Below, in pieces: positions 11,080-24,279 of a stretch of 64,000 bases of DNA. The position numbers were made by a program, and so were the translations under genes. Within the stretch, counting starts at the first letter, position 1. The number at the start of each line of letters is the position of its first letter. Below the pieces are notes generated by a model. The model worked only from the letters and a program-made list of their open reading frames with translations, had not been told where the DNA came from and did no database searches. Origin of the DNA: Hemiscyllium ocellatum. Taxonomy: Eukaryota. The stretch covers positions 6,479,201 through 6,543,200 of the forward strand of contig NC_083435.1 in assembly GCF_020745735.1 (NCBI RefSeq), written 5' to 3'.

Positions 11080-14000
11080 GAGTCACACATCGCTGTGTTC
11101 AGTGCAGTAATATAGCTCTGCGTACAGTCACACTCTGTCCATAGTGTTCCGTACACAGTAACATACACCTGTGTACAGTCACACGCTGTCCATTGATTAC
11201 AGCATGGTAACGTAGCCGTGTACAGTCACCCTGTGTCCACTGTGTTCAGCACAGTAATATAGCCCTGTGTACAGTCACACTCTGTCCATCGTGTTCAGCA
11301 CGGTAATGTAGCCCGGTGCACAGTCACACTCTGTCCACTGTGTTCAGCACAGTAATATAGCCCTGTGCAGTCACACACTGTCCACTGTGTTCAGCATAGT
11401 AATATTGTCCTATGTAGAGTCACACTGTCCGCTGTGTTCAGCATGATAATATAGCCACGTGTACAGTCACACTCCGTCCATTGTGTTCAGCACAGTAATG
11501 TCGTCCTGCATACAGTCACACTGTCTGCTGTGTTCAGCATAATATAGCCCTGTGTACAGTCACACTATTTCCACTGCGTACAGCACAGTAATATAGCCCC
11601 ATGTACAGTCACACTCTGTCCACTGTGTTCAGCACAGTAATATAGCCCTGTGTACGGTCACACTCTGTCCACTGTGTACAGCACAGTAATATAGCCCCGT
11701 GTACAGTCACACTCTGTCCACTGTGTTCAGCACAGTAATATTGCCCAGCGTACAGTCATACACTGTCCACAGTGTTCAGCACGGTAATATTGTGTTGTGT
11801 AGTCACACACTGTCCACTGTGTACAGGACAGTAATATCACCCTGTATACAGTCACACTCTGTCCATTTTATTCAGCACCGTAATGTAGCTCAATGTACAG
11901 TCACACTCTGTCCATTGTGTTCAGCATAGTAATACAGCCCTGTCTACAGTCACACTGTCCATTGTGTTCAGCATGTAGCGTAGCCCTGTGTACAATCACG
12001 CTCTGTCCACAGTGTTCAGTGCAGTAATATAGCCCTGTGTACAGTCACACACTGTCCACTATGTTCAGCACAATAATATCGCCCTGTGTACAGTCACACT
12101 GTCCACTGTGTTCAGCATGATAATATAGCCCTATGTACAATCACACACTGTCCACTGTGTTCAGCACAGTAATATAGCCATGTGTACAGTCACACTCTTT
12201 CCACTGTGTTCAGTGTGGTAATATAGCCCTGTGTACAGTCACATTCTGTCCACTTTGTTCAACATGGTATTATAGCCCCATGTACAGTCACACACTGTCC
12301 ACTGTGTTCAGCAGTGGTAATGTAGCCTTGTGCACAGTCATACTCTGTCCATTATGTTTAGCACAATGATATCGTCCTGTGTGCAGTCACACTCTACCCA
12401 TTGTGTTCAGTACAATAATATAGGCCTGTGTTCAGTCACACTCTGTCCATTATATTCAGCATAGTAATATAGCCCTGTGTACAGTCACACTTTGTGCACT
12501 GTGTTCCATACAGTAATATAGATCTGTGTACAGTCACACTCTGCCCACCGTATTCAGCACGGTAATGTAGCCCTGTGCACAGTCATGCTCTGTCCATTGT
12601 GTTCATCACAGTAATGTGGCACCATGTAGAGTCACACTCTGTCCATTGTGTTCAGCATAGTAATATAGCCCTGTGTACAGTAAACTCTGTCTATTTTGTT
12701 TAACAAGGTATTATAGCCTGTGTATAGTCACACTATGTCCATTGTGATCCACACAATAATGTAGAAATGTGTACAGTCTCACTCTGTCCATTGTGTTCAG
12801 CATGGTAACGTGGCCCTGTGTACAGTCACACTCTACCCACTGTGTTCAGTGTAATAATATAGCCCTGTTTACAGTCACACTCTGTCCACTTTGTTCAAAA
12901 TGGTAATGTAGCCCTGTGTACAGTCACACTCTATCCATTGTGTTCAGCACAGTAATGTAGTCCTGTGTACAGTCACACACTGTCCATTGGGTTCAGCATG
13001 GTAACATAGCTCTGTGTCAGTCACACATTGTCCATTGTGTTTGGCACAGTAATATAGCCCTGTGTACAGTCACACACTGTCCATTGTGTTCAGCACAGTA
13101 ATATCACCCTCTATAGTCACATACTGCCCACAGTATTCTGCACAGTAATAGCGCTTTATGTACAGTTACTCTATTCACTGTACTCAGCATGGTAAATCGC
13201 CCAGTGTACAGCCAAACTCTGTCAATTGTGTTCGGCACAGTAAAATAGCCCTGTGGATAGTCATACTCCGTCTGCTGTGTTCAACTCAGTAATGTAGCCC
13301 TGTGGAGAAAGTGAGGTCTGCAGATGCTGGAGATCAGAGCTGAAAATGTGTTGCTGGAAATTCCTGATGAATGGCTTATGCCCGAAACGTCAAATTTCCT
13401 GTTCCTTGGATGCTGCCTGACCTGCTGCGCTTTTCCAGCAATGTATCCCTGTGTACAGTCATTCTCCATCTGCTGTGTTTGACTCAGTAATGTAGCCCAG
13501 TGTACAGTCACATTCTGTTTGCTGTGTTCAGCACAGTAATATAGCTTGATGTACAGGCAGACTGTGTCTGCTGTGTTCAGCACTGTAATATTGCCCCGTG
13601 TACAGTAATACTCCATCTGTTGTGATCAGCATTGTAATATAGCTCTATGTGCAGTTATACTCCATATGCTGTGTTCAGCACTGTAATATAGCCCCGTATA
13701 CAGTCACACTGTCTGCTGTGTTCAGCATTGTAATATAGTCCTGTGTAGTCATATTCCACCTGCTGTGTTCAGCACTGTAATATAGCCCTGTGTACAGTCA
13801 TACACTGTCTGCTGTGTTCAGCACTGTAATATAGTCCTGTGTCCAGTCACACTCTGATTGTTGTGTTCAGCACAGTAATATAGTCCTGTGTACAGTCACA
13901 CTCTGCTGTGTTCAGCATTGTAATATAGCCCTGTGTACAGTCACACTCTGCTGTGTTCAGCACAGTAATATAGCCCTGTGTACAGTCACACTCTGCTGTG

Positions 14001-14125
14001 TTCAGCACTGTAACGTAGCCCTGTGTACAGTCACACTCTGTCTGCTGTGTTCAGCACTGTAATATAGTCCTGTGTACAGTCACACTCTGTCTGCTGTGTT
14101 CAGCACTGTAAGATTGCCTGTGTAC
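11080..14125. repeat. About 49-bp minisatellite, roughly 60 copies (consensus cacagtaatatagccctgtgtacagtcacactctgtccactgtgttcag)
   Basis: Unit period read directly (cagcacagta at 11581 and 11630). The variant shifts from ccactgtg/ccattgtg to ctgctgtg after about 13260. Interrupted by a Penelope-derived insertion at about 13304-13440. Confidence 0.95.
13304..13440. mobile_element. Short Penelope-derived repeat inserted in the minisatellite (contains hammerhead core)
   Basis: gagaaagtgaggtctgcagatgctggagatcagagctgaaaatgtgttgctggaaa joined to ttcCTGATGAatggcttatgcccGAAACGTC...gatgctgcctgacctgctgcgcttttccagca; same family as 1680-1775, 24873-25005, 48364-48571. Confidence 0.8.
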
Positions 14126-14482
14126 AGTTATTTCGTCAAGCTTTTATCATCCAAGGCCTTTTCAAACCTTAATTTTAATAAGCCTGTTGTGACGGGCGGA
14201 AAAGGGAAAGTAAGCTGAGCCAGAAATCAGTGAGGAGGGGTCAACATATTCTTCAAAGTCTTGTTCTGGGATTCACATCCAGCTCAGCAATGGGCAGAGC
14301 AATGGCTTTGATGCCGGATTAGTCGTCAATAGTCCAGAAAGATCTGTTCAAATCCCATCACAGGCAGTTCAGTGGAATTTAAATTCAGTTAATGAAATAA
14401 ATCTGAAATTAAGAGAAAAAAAAAGCCAGTATCAGAAACAGTGACTGTGTATTTACAGAAAGAAGAGAACTACAAGAACTTT

Positions 14483-15033
14483 TCACCGATAATGACCTTT
14501 CATGGAGCAGATTTTGAGTGGTTCTGTGTTCTCCCCATGACCATTCAAGCAAGGACTGAAGAAAGGGTAAAGTTTCTCAGTGAAGATGTCGATGAAGGTG
14601 TGGAGGTGGAACATGCTGTCTGCATTGTAAAATGACACCTGCCCCTCCTCGTAGTTCAGGTAGATCCCGATCTTCCGGGGCTTGATGTCCACAGACAGGA
14701 GGGTACGTGGAAATGTGCCAGCTTTATACTCACTCCTCCTCAGCCACACGATCCAGTAACCAGCCTCTGGCATGGCCGTGATATCTCCTTTCCTGTTGAT
14801 GGATTCCGTCACCACTCCAAGATCCCACTCAGCGCTGTTTCCCACCTCAACCTCCCAGTAGTGTTTGCCTGAGTTGAATCCCTCTGACGCCAGTACACAC
14901 ACACAGGGATAAAACCTCTCGGGTGTCTCAGGGAGAGACTGTCCCCTATCTCCGTATCTTACGCTGGTCAGATCATCGGACAGGATGAGCCAGGAATGTG
15001 CAGTATTGGGATCCAAAGTCAAACAGGTTGGAG
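14483..15033 (-). CDS. TRIM gene B exon 6 (PRY-SPRY/B30.2), stop TGA
   Basis: Acceptor tgtctctctgtcttccag then CT CCA ACC, phase 1. APTCLTLDPNTAHSWLILSDDLTSVRYGD...SGKHYWEVEV...KIGIYLNYEEGQVSFYN...LYPFFSP...PLKICSMKGHYR*. Confidence 0.95.
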
Positions 15034-17513
15034 CTGGAAGACAGAGAGACAAAAACAGAATGACATTTGAATTATCTAATCACAGAATAGCTATTACCTA
15101 TCAACACAATTCCATCAGTCACTGATAGTTTAAAAAACGTTCACCCAGAGAGGTCTAGGGGTCAGGAATGCACTGGGAGAGTACTGGAGGAGAGAAACCT
15201 CGCAACCTTTCAAAAATACTTGGATGAGCCATTGAAGCATCATAATATTCAAGGCTATCAGCCGAGTGTCGGAAAGTGGGTGCAGATTTAGGGTAGATTT
15301 CTCTTGGTGTTGAGTCGATAGACCAAGGGCCTCTTCTGTACTTCACCATAAATCTGTGAGAAAAAGACTTTGAACTAAATCTCTCGCCGATCACCAAGAC
15401 TTGAAATTATCCCAGAGAGCAACGGTAAATAACTTCACAGACTGGGAATTCTGTAAGGAAAGCAGGGATGTCTTTCAGGAGCAAGTGTGTCTTGCTGCAG
15501 TTGTACAGAGTCTTGGTGAGACCACACTTGGAATATGCTTAAAGTCTGGTTGGAATATGCTGTGCAGTTTTGGTTTCCTTATCTGAGGAAGATTGTTCTG
15601 GTGATGGAGGGAGAACAGTGAAGGTTTACCAATTTCTTGGGATGGCGGGATTGACATTGGAAAAGAGGTCAACTCAGTTAGGATTATATTCAGGATTAGT
15701 GGTGCTGGAAGAGCACAGCAGTTCAGGCAGCATCCAACGAGCAGCGAAATCGACGTTTCGGGCAAAAGCCCTTCTAGGATTGTATTCACTGGAGTTCCGA
15801 AAAACTAAACCTATTAAATTTGAACAGGCCCAGACAATAGTAGGTCAGTGAAGAAAGGCAGGGGAATCCAGTATCAGCACTCATAGGATAGAGAGTAAAC
15901 CATTTAGGATTGAGATGAGGAGAAACATCTTCACCCAGAGAAGGGTGAGTCTGTGGAATTTGCTACTGCAGAAAGAAGGTGAGGCCAAATTATTGTATGG
16001 TGTCCAGTAGGAAATGTGTATAGCACTGCTAGTGGCTGCACCAAGGTCAGACAGCTGGATCTCACAGAATATGAGCTCCCTGATGAGGCTGTTAACCTGG
16101 TCCAATCAGGGAGCCCTGGCTGACAGATATAAACAGGAGGGTCAGACATCCTGTTCACTCTGAGAGCTGGTTCTGAGGGACTTGGATCAGTGTCAAGGGC
16201 TGTCCATGTGTAAATAAAGAGGGACTTGGTGAGTGGACACCAGCCTCTTTTGGAGTTACTTCAAGTACACGGGGATCAAAGGTAATGGGGGAGAAGCAGG
16301 GCCAGGCTGTTGAGTTGGATGATCAGCCGTGATCATACTGAATGACGGAACAGGCTCACAGGGCCGAATGGCCTACTCCTGCTCCTATTTTCTACTTCTC
16401 CATGTTTCTCAGAAATGCAGCACGGAATGTTATTGATTTGGGATGGTTTTATTTTGATTAACGGCAAAACATTTTCATTGCTTGGGAGTCACCAATAAGA
16501 GAGGAAACACTGATTAAAGACTGAGATAACCTTTATAACCAAGCTGTAGAGATAGGGATTTTATCATTTGTCCTACTGTCTTTCATGGGAAATACAAATA
16601 GGGAGGAAGGGTGAAAAACTGGTTGCTGACATATTAAAAGCCTATTCCAGAAAGTTTTAATAAAACTGTTTAGATTTGAACCTACGCTTCCTGGCTCAGA
16701 GACAGGACACTACCATTGAAACCATAAGAGCTCTAGAATCATATCGAATCCATCGTCTATTATGCACCCCACTTAGTTCCACTACCTCCAACAGAATTAA
16801 GTTTCAGGCATGTGACAGAATATGACGACCATATGTTTTTGCTCTTCCTTAACATCCAATTTCATTCACAATGGAAAGTAATATTGAACCGGACACAAGC
16901 TCCTAATCCTCCACAAGTCTTTCGCCTGACTGACCACTAACTGATTTCTCCCATGAGTTTTTTTGGAGGAGTTAGTGTTTTTTAATTTTCTTCACCCAGG
17001 TCAACACTGGAGAAAGGCCCAGCTCACACTCGGAGAACAGAGGGCAACGTTAATATCATTTTGAGGACAGTACAAGAAAACATTGAGCAAATGTTATCAT
17101 CTTGACTGATGCAAGCACTGAACTGTTAATGCATCTATGTAACTAGAAGGAGCAACAAATTGATGTTTACATTGGGACTGAATGGGCTAAAAGTGTTTCA
17201 TGGACACTTGCTTTGGTTACAGCTGCATCTCAAGCACATTTCATTCTGCAAGCCAACAATGTTTATTTTTAATCGGTTTTAATGGTTATTGAGTTTGGGA
17301 GAACAAGCTGTTATTGAAGAGCTTCAATACTGGCGCTCCGCGTATCTGCTACAATGAAGGCAAAAAGAAAATTTCCTTTCTATTCAACATGAACTATTGC
17401 ATAACCTTGAGGCTTAGAAAAACACAGAGCACCAATGTCATTCCATTATCATCAAAACAAGACAGAGATTTGCAACAAGTGGATTCACGGCTTGTTACAG
17501 AATTGACTGATTC

Positions 17514-18230
17514 TCAGTTATAGTCATACAGCACAGAAACAGACGGTTTGGTCCAACCAGCCCATGCCCACCATAATCTCAAACTAAACCAGACCCATCT
17601 GCTTGCACTTGGCCCATTTCCCTCTAAACATTTCTTATTCATATACTTATCTAAATGTCTTTTAAATGTTATAACTGTACCCCCATCCATCACTTCCTCT
17701 GGAAGTTCATTCCACATACAAACCACCCTGCGCAAATAAAATTGCCCCAATGCCTTCTTTAAATTTTTCTCCTCTAACCTTAAAAATATGCTTTCTAGTC
17801 TTGAAATCCCATGCCCTAAGAAAAAGACACTGCTATTCACCTTATCTATATCCCTCATTATTTTATAAACCTCTATCAGGTCACTTCTCAACATTCTGTG
17901 TTCCACTGAAATAAGTCCCAGCCTAACTAGCCTCTCGTTATAACTCAAACTCTCCATTCCCAGTAACATCTCAGTAAATCTCTTCTGAACCCTCTCCAGC
18001 TGAATAACATCCTTCCTGTCACTTGGGAGATCAGAATTGGACACAGTACTTCAGAAGTGGTCTCACCAAATTCCTGTACAACCTCCACATAGTGTCCCCA
18101 TCCCTATACTCAAAGGACAGTGATAGAGTTAGAGTTAGGGTTAGGGCAGTGATGACAAGCATGCTAAATATCTTCTTAACCACCCTACCTATATGGGATG
18201 CAAATTTAAATGAATTATGCACTCTCTGTT
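17514..18230 (-). mobile_element. CR1 LINE 3' fragment
   Basis: RPLLKYCVQF / KDVIQLERVQKRFTEML / RSDLIEVYKIMR, followed by the typical 3' UTR and tail. Confidence 0.85.
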
Positions 18231-18431
18231 CACAAGTTGCTGTGTCCTGCAGTTCCTATAATGAGTGGAGGTAGGGAGACAGTTTAAAAGAAATCTATTG
18301 AACATATCTCAGGAAGTTGTTCAACATTAAAGAGGCAATGATATCTGATCTCTGCATAGCAATGTATATAACATAATAATAGTTCATGTTTGAAGGCTTT
18401 TTCCTTCTCAAACTCAAGAAGATCTCCTTAC

Positions 18432-18538
18432 CTGGGCAGATAGCGCTGATCATTTCTCTCCAAACTGTGTACTGTAATGGTCCTTTGAACAGTCCCAGTG
18501 GCTGATTTCCACTGATTAATATATGGTGAGTGTCTTCA
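18432..18538 (-). CDS. TRIM gene B exon 5 (107 nt)
   Basis: Acceptor ttctattattag, donor gtaagg, phase 2 to 1. Encodes EDTHHILISGNQPLGLFKGPLQYTVWREMISAICP, with the FKGPLQY..W..M linker typical of TRIM39/69-like proteins. Confidence 0.9.
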
Positions 18539-18640
18539 CTAATAATAGAAATGTATTAATCTGCATTACAGAGTAACTTTAAAGACTATTAGTTTTATTT
18601 TTGCTAGATATTTAAAGTTTCTGTGAGGAATTTCCCATAC

Positions 18641-18663
18641 CTCTTTTGTCCCCAAGCTTCTTC
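18641..18663 (-). CDS. TRIM gene B exon 4 (23-nt microexon)
   Basis: ttctgttttatatttag|GAAGAAGCTTGGGGACAAAAGAG|gtatgg. Phase 0 to 2 joins exons 3 and 5 in frame, and a 23-nt exon is usual at this position in class IV TRIMs. Confidence 0.85.
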
Positions 18664-19954
18664 CTAAATATAAAACAGAAGAGGTATCTGAGCTGGGTAT
18701 CGTACAGTACTCTAAAAACATTAGGACAGAATGGAATAGAGACAGCAGGAACTAGAATCCCAAAATAGCTGAGAGCAATTACATCATTAAATTTGATGAC
18801 ACAAATACTTCCCATGTACAGCTTATATCGGAATCAGGAATTCTGTCTCCCAACAGGCTGTGGATCCAATTAGATATTTCAAGATGAGTTGACAAAATGT
18901 TATTGTGTGAGAGTACCAGGCAGCATGGAGCTATGTTGAGTAAACAGAGTGAAGATACTAATTAACCGTGTTTGAAGTGAATGGCACAGTGGATATGAGG
19001 CTCAGTGGCCTTATCCTGTTCCAAAGCACAAAGAAAACCTCACTGAGGAAGTGACACTGTTCTTAGAATTTCTGTTGACACAAGAACCCACTTTTGTAGC
19101 CTCTTTATTTTAGCCTGAATAACATCCATCCAGGGTCGAGCTTGACAGTGTGGGCTCACACAAGGCCAATCATTTCTGGGTCTCTGACATGACGCATAAA
19201 GTACTGGCACATAAATGTCTTAGTTTCAGCTCCAGCAACCACCTCAACACTGCCATTTCTTCATCTGGTCGGTGCACTGTGTAGACATAACTTTGCAATA
19301 GTTATCAAACTTTTACTCATCCATGGGATGACGGTGTTGCTGGCTAGGCCAGCATTTATTGCCCAGAGGGCAGGTAAGAGTCAACCACATTGCTGTGGGT
19401 CTGGTGTCACACTTAGGTCAGACCAGGTAAGGATGGCAGTTTCCTTCCCGAAAGGACATTAGTGGACCAGATGGGTTTTTCCAACAATCAGTGATGGATT
19501 CATGGTCATTATTAGATTCTTTTAAATTGAATTCAAATTCCACTTATCTGCTGTAGTAGAATTCAAACCCAGGTCCTCAGAACATGACCAGTTCTCTGGA
19601 TTAACATTCCAGCAATATATCAATTAGGTCATCCCTTCCCACTAAGGGAGCAATCTTAACCTTGCCCGCCAATCAGACAGTAGTGCACAAAGCCTGTTTC
19701 CCATTCTACTCATTGAACTCTAAATGATGCGATGTTGGCCAGGGTGTAAAATCAGTCTGCTATCTATTCTGTTCTGTTACATAAAAACATTCAGGCCTTC
19801 AAGGTGACCCCACTGTTTCAAAAATCGCAGCTAGTGCAATTCCAGTCTTAGTTCCACTCTCCTGGCCATACTCTTCAATTGGGAAATTAGCTTCAACACT
19901 ATTCACAATCTCAGCGAGGTTCAGGTGGGCGACATTACAATCACAGAGTTATTT

Positions 19955-20265
19955 GGGTGACAAGGCGGCTCAGTGGATAGCACTGCTGCCTCACAGCACC
20001 AGGGACCCAGGTTCGATTGCAGCCTCGGGCAACTGTCTGTGTGGGGTTTGCACCTTCTCTCTGTGTCTGTATGGATTACTTCTGGGTGCACCAGTTTGTG
20101 AATTGGCCATGCTAAATTGCCCATAGTGTTCAGGGATGTGTAAGTTAGGTGCATTAGTCAGGGGTAAATATAGGGGAGGAATATGTCTGGGTGGGTTACT
20201 CTTCAGAGAGTTGTTGTGGACGTGTTGGGCCGAAGGGCCTGTTTCCACATTGTATGGACTCTATG
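19955..20265 (+). mobile_element. HE1-like V-SINE
   Basis: Same head, central domain and tail as 8404-8712. Confidence 0.8.
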
Positions 20266-20882
20266 GAAAAATACAAAGCCACTGAGGGCTCTTGTGCCAC
20301 AAAACTGGTATCTATAACCCTGAACAGGGAGACCAGGGTTCAAGTCCCACCTGCTCCTGAGATGTGTTCCTGCTAACATCCTAAGACAGATTGATGACAT
20401 AATATGCTTGGCACAGAACGTTATGGTTATAACTGTGGCTGTCATGGAGATGTTTAGAGAGAATTGTATTTATTAACAATTGATGAATGATGTTTGAGAG
20501 GGCAGGTAAACTCAAAATCCATTGGAGGAATTGTTTCACACATTTTGATTTGGCAACTTGATATTTTTTTCCTGAATCATATTCACATGGAATGAGACCA
20601 TTCAGCCCACTGTCTGAATGAGCTTCTCACTCAGTACCATCCCCCCGCCTTCTCCCCATAACCCTGCCCATTCTTCCTTTGCAGCCTCAGTCACTTCTGA
20701 ATGCCTCACCTGAAGCTGCCGTCTCCACCACACTCTCAGGCAGTGCACTCAATAAACAAGATCATGTTTCTCTGTGCTACACAAACAAAATCACAAAGTT
20801 TCCAAATTTCATTGAGCATTTTGAAGCTGTTAGGATTTTAAACCTTACAGATGCTTCCCCACTCCCTACAACCCCCCGGTAC

Positions 20883-21116
20883 CTCCAAGAAGTGGACTGA
20901 TGCTCGCTGGTCCATTTTCGTGTGCAATCGCGACAATTTCCGCTGAACAGAATCTAAATGATTTTTTATCTCTTGAAGGTTCTTTTCCATCACTCCTGAA
21001 AGGTTGTCTTCGTGGTCCTTCAGCTCTCGAATCAAACTCTCTTCTCTCCTGTTCAGGAACTGGTGCATTTTAGCGAATTCGGAAGAGATAAGGTTCTGCA
21101 GACTGGCTGATTTCTC
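20883..21116 (-). CDS. TRIM gene B exon 3 (coiled coil, 234 nt)
   Basis: tttgttcctgcag|GAG AAA TCA...TTC TTG GAG|gtaccg, phase 0-0. EKSASLQNLISSEFAKMHQFLNRREESLIRELK...FLE. Confidence 0.92.
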
Positions 21117-21207
21117 CTGCAGGAACAAAGCAGGTAGAGTGTAGTGTTGGGACAGCAGGTTATGGAATTGGGGGACAGATAGAGAGTGCAAGGACAAGTG
21201 AACTTAC

Positions 21208-21300
21208 TCCAATTTCCGAAATGCCCTGTTTCTCTTTCAACTTTGCTTCTAGGATGATGATCTTCTGTCTCAGATTGTCCAGGGATGTTTTCAGTCTTTC
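21208..21300 (-). CDS. TRIM gene B exon 2 (coiled coil, 93 nt)
   Basis: ctctatgaccctag|GAA AGA CTG...ATT GGA|gtaagt, phase 0-0. ERLKTSLDNLRQKIIILEAKLKEKQGISEIG. Confidence 0.88.
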
Positions 21301-22522
21301 CTAGGGTCATAGAGACATAGAATAACAAAGCACAGCAACACACCATCAAATCCGTACCAACCTATTCACAATAATCCCATCTTCCAGGCCTGTAGCCTTG
21401 AATGTTACAACATTTATATTGCACACCAAGCAGTTTTTAAAGATTGTGAGGATTTTCACTAAAACTAGTCTCGCAGGCAGCACCATTCTTTGGGTGAAAA
21501 TACTTTTCCTCAAATTGTCTTTAAATCTCCCACTTTTCACCATAAAACTTGGCCATTTGCCTCTGAACCGTCTTCTAAGAGGAGCAGCTGCTTTCTATCC
21601 ACCCTGTCCATGCTTCGCATAATCTTCTACACTTCAATCAGATCCCTGCTCAGCCTTCTCTCAAAACAAGGTGAAAACAGCCTTTTTTCGAGAAATGTTT
21701 ATTTGTATGGGGTGGAGATTGGAAGGGAGATTCAAGCTGATATCATAGGCAGGGCTGCAGGGGTGAAAGATTATTGTGGTGGGAGAGTTGGGAGAAGCGT
21801 AGAGTTAAGGTTAAAATCAGATCAGTCATGATCTTGCTGAATAGCGGATTAGTCTCAAAGGGTCAAGCAGCTTACTCATGCTCCTGGTTCAATTTACTAG
21901 CAACTCTCAGTGGTCAGAGTAACATCCACTTTCACTTGTGGACTGGAGTTCTGGATAGGGCTGGGCAAAGGGTGAAGAGAGCAATGGGTTTTGTCCCATC
22001 CTGTCCACCCCAGTCCCCTGGGAATCTCTCCCCCACGCATCACCCAACGCTGGCAAAGTGACAGAGGGAATTACAAGGTTCACCACCACCCATGATAACA
22101 CCTTTGGAGCAGGTGGGATTTGAACACAGGCCTCCTGGTCCAGAGTCACAAACACTACTGCTGTGCCACAAGTGATAACCTACCCACCGGGAACGGGTGC
22201 GATGGACAACACCTTCAAGTTTGTGGGGGTGGGAGCTGTGTCTGGAGGTCCTGGCCCAGGGGCAGGAGGGCATTCTGAACGCACCAATTAAAGTTAACGT
22301 GGGCAATGCTGAATGGCATTTCTGATGAAGGGCTAATGCCTGAAACGCTGACTCTCCTGCTTGTCAGATGCTGCCTGACCTGCTGTGCTTTTCCAGCACC
22401 ATACTCTCGAATGCTGAATGGCACTCTCCCTCAGAAAGGCATTCTCAATCCAGTGAGAAATCTGCCCGAGTTACACTCGCTCTGACTGTGCTGAGAACCC
22501 AGTTTTTTTACTTGCCCTTTAC

Positions 22523-22975
22523 CTTGTATTTGTTGACAGCTTCATGGATGAGCATGAAGTCATGGAACTTGTGGCTGTGCCCCCCTCTGCCGTCCAGGCA
22601 CATCACACAGATCAGCTGGCGGTCAGTCTCACAGAACAGTTTCAGTTCCTCCCGGTGCTCACTGCAATAGAGGCCGAAGCCAGGCTCTCCCCCCGGAGCC
22701 TCTGCCCAAGGAGCGCGCTCTCGAGCTGGCTTCAGGTTCCTCAGCCTGTCGGCCAGGTTAGCTAGGGCCCTGTTGAGTTTGAGGTGACTGCCCCGGGACA
22801 GGGTCAGACACTCTGGACAGGAGCCTCCCCCTTCTACCTTCTCCCACTCGCTCTGGATGCAGCCCCGGCAGAAGTTGTGGCCGCACTCCAGGATGACTGG
22901 CTGCTGGAACAGCTCCCGGCACAGGCCACACCGCAGGTACTTGCTCAGGCTCTCTGTCTGCTCTTTCGATGCCAT
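22523..22975 (-). CDS. TRIM gene B exon 1 (C3HC4 RING + B-box 2); whole gene 486 aa, TRIM39/TRIM69-like E3 ligase
   Basis: ATG at 22975. MASKEQTESLSKYLRCGLC...CGHNFCRGC...CPEC (RING) and CSEHREELKLFCETDRQLICVMC...H (B-box); ends AAC AAA TAC AAG|gtaaag. The six exons sum to 1461 nt with no frameshift. Confidence 0.95.
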
Positions 22976-23029
22976 CTCCCAGCTTGAGGGTTTCCCTGCC
23001 CCCACTGAGCACCTGTCCTGAGTGAGCAC

Positions 23030-23430
23030 CCCCAGTTCCCGCCTCTCTAACTCTCTCTCCCTCACTTCTCCTCTCTATCCCCCTCTTCCCCACCTCTTCT
23101 CTTCCCTCTCTCTCTCCCCACCTCTCTCTCTCCCTAAACCTCTCCTCCTCTCTATCCCTCCCCTCTCTCTCCTTCACCTCTGCTCTTCTCTATCCCCCTC
23201 TCCCTCTTCCTCACATCTCCTCTCTATCCCCCTCTCCCACTTCCCCACCTCTCCTCCTCGCTATCCCCTTCTCCCTCCTCCTTGCCTCTCTTGCTCTCAA
23301 TACCCCTTTCCCTCTCTGCACAACCTCTCCTCTATTCCCCCTCTCCCTCTTCCCTACCTCTCCTCCTCAAGGTTTTAGCCCCTCACCCCCTCTCTATTCT
23401 CCCCTCCCACTTCCCCACCTCTCGACTGTG
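23030..23430. repeat. CT-rich (GA-rich on the TRIM sense strand) low-complexity tract immediately upstream of the TRIM B start
   Basis: Near-pure pyrimidine run on the + strand. Confidence 0.9.
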
Positions 23431-24279
23431 TCTCCTCTCTGCCTCTTGCAGTTGATGTAGCTGTATTGTGCGTCAGCACCTACTGTCTCAAACAACACGA
23501 GAAAACTGGCAACAATGTTGCCAATTCTGGTTGGACATATTTCTTCCTGCTTCTCATGGTCCCTCCCCCCAAAACTCCTCCTATCGGTCACAGTATTCAC
23601 TGTAGAGGTCACAAAGCATTGGAATACAGCTCAATCAACACTCAAGAAGCTTGACACCATTCAGGAGAGAGCTGCCCACGGGATTGGCACCGCACCCAAA
23701 CGCATTCACCCCCTTCATCCCAACACTGAGCCACAGAATGTACCATCTACAAGTTGCACTGTAGAAATTCACCAAGGCCCTTTAGACAGCATCTTCCAAA
23801 CGCAAGTCTACTGTTAAGGTGGTAGAATATCACCGCATTGGTATTCCAGACTCCTGTGTTAGGGTCAGGGCTTGATGTTCTGGGCAGATAGTGAAAAGTA
23901 GAATTTATTAATGGCTGTTGATTGTTGCAGAAACCCGTCTAGTTCGTTAATTTGCTTTAGAGATGGACAACTGCTGTCCTTACCTGGTCTATATATGTCT
24001 CCATTCCCAATGCTGGCCTAGCCAGTGACAGCCACATCCCACGAATGAATAAAATAAGAATTGTGAGCTCCAGAATTTGGACACCTTGTGACACAATACC
24101 TAGTGTCACTGTGTTACTGCTCCTGACCCTTGCCTGGACCTGATCTTTGAGGAAGGGTGTGTTTGTAATGTGGCCAGCAGATTAATTATCAAAGGGTGGT
24201 ATAATGATCACAAATAACTGGAAAGGTGTTCCTCACCCGAAATCCATTTTCTGTCTCACCCATAGAAAGTGGCAGCTCA

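Noticed and set aside
11080-14125. Regularly spaced repeat as a CRISPR array
   Set aside because: Eukaryotic context, contiguous tandem units with no unique spacers, no cas genes.
22976-23065. 30-aa N-terminal extension of TRIM B suggested by the ORF track
   Set aside because: Begins at a non-ATG codon in GA-rich sequence; the first ATG at 22975 gives a normal RING start.
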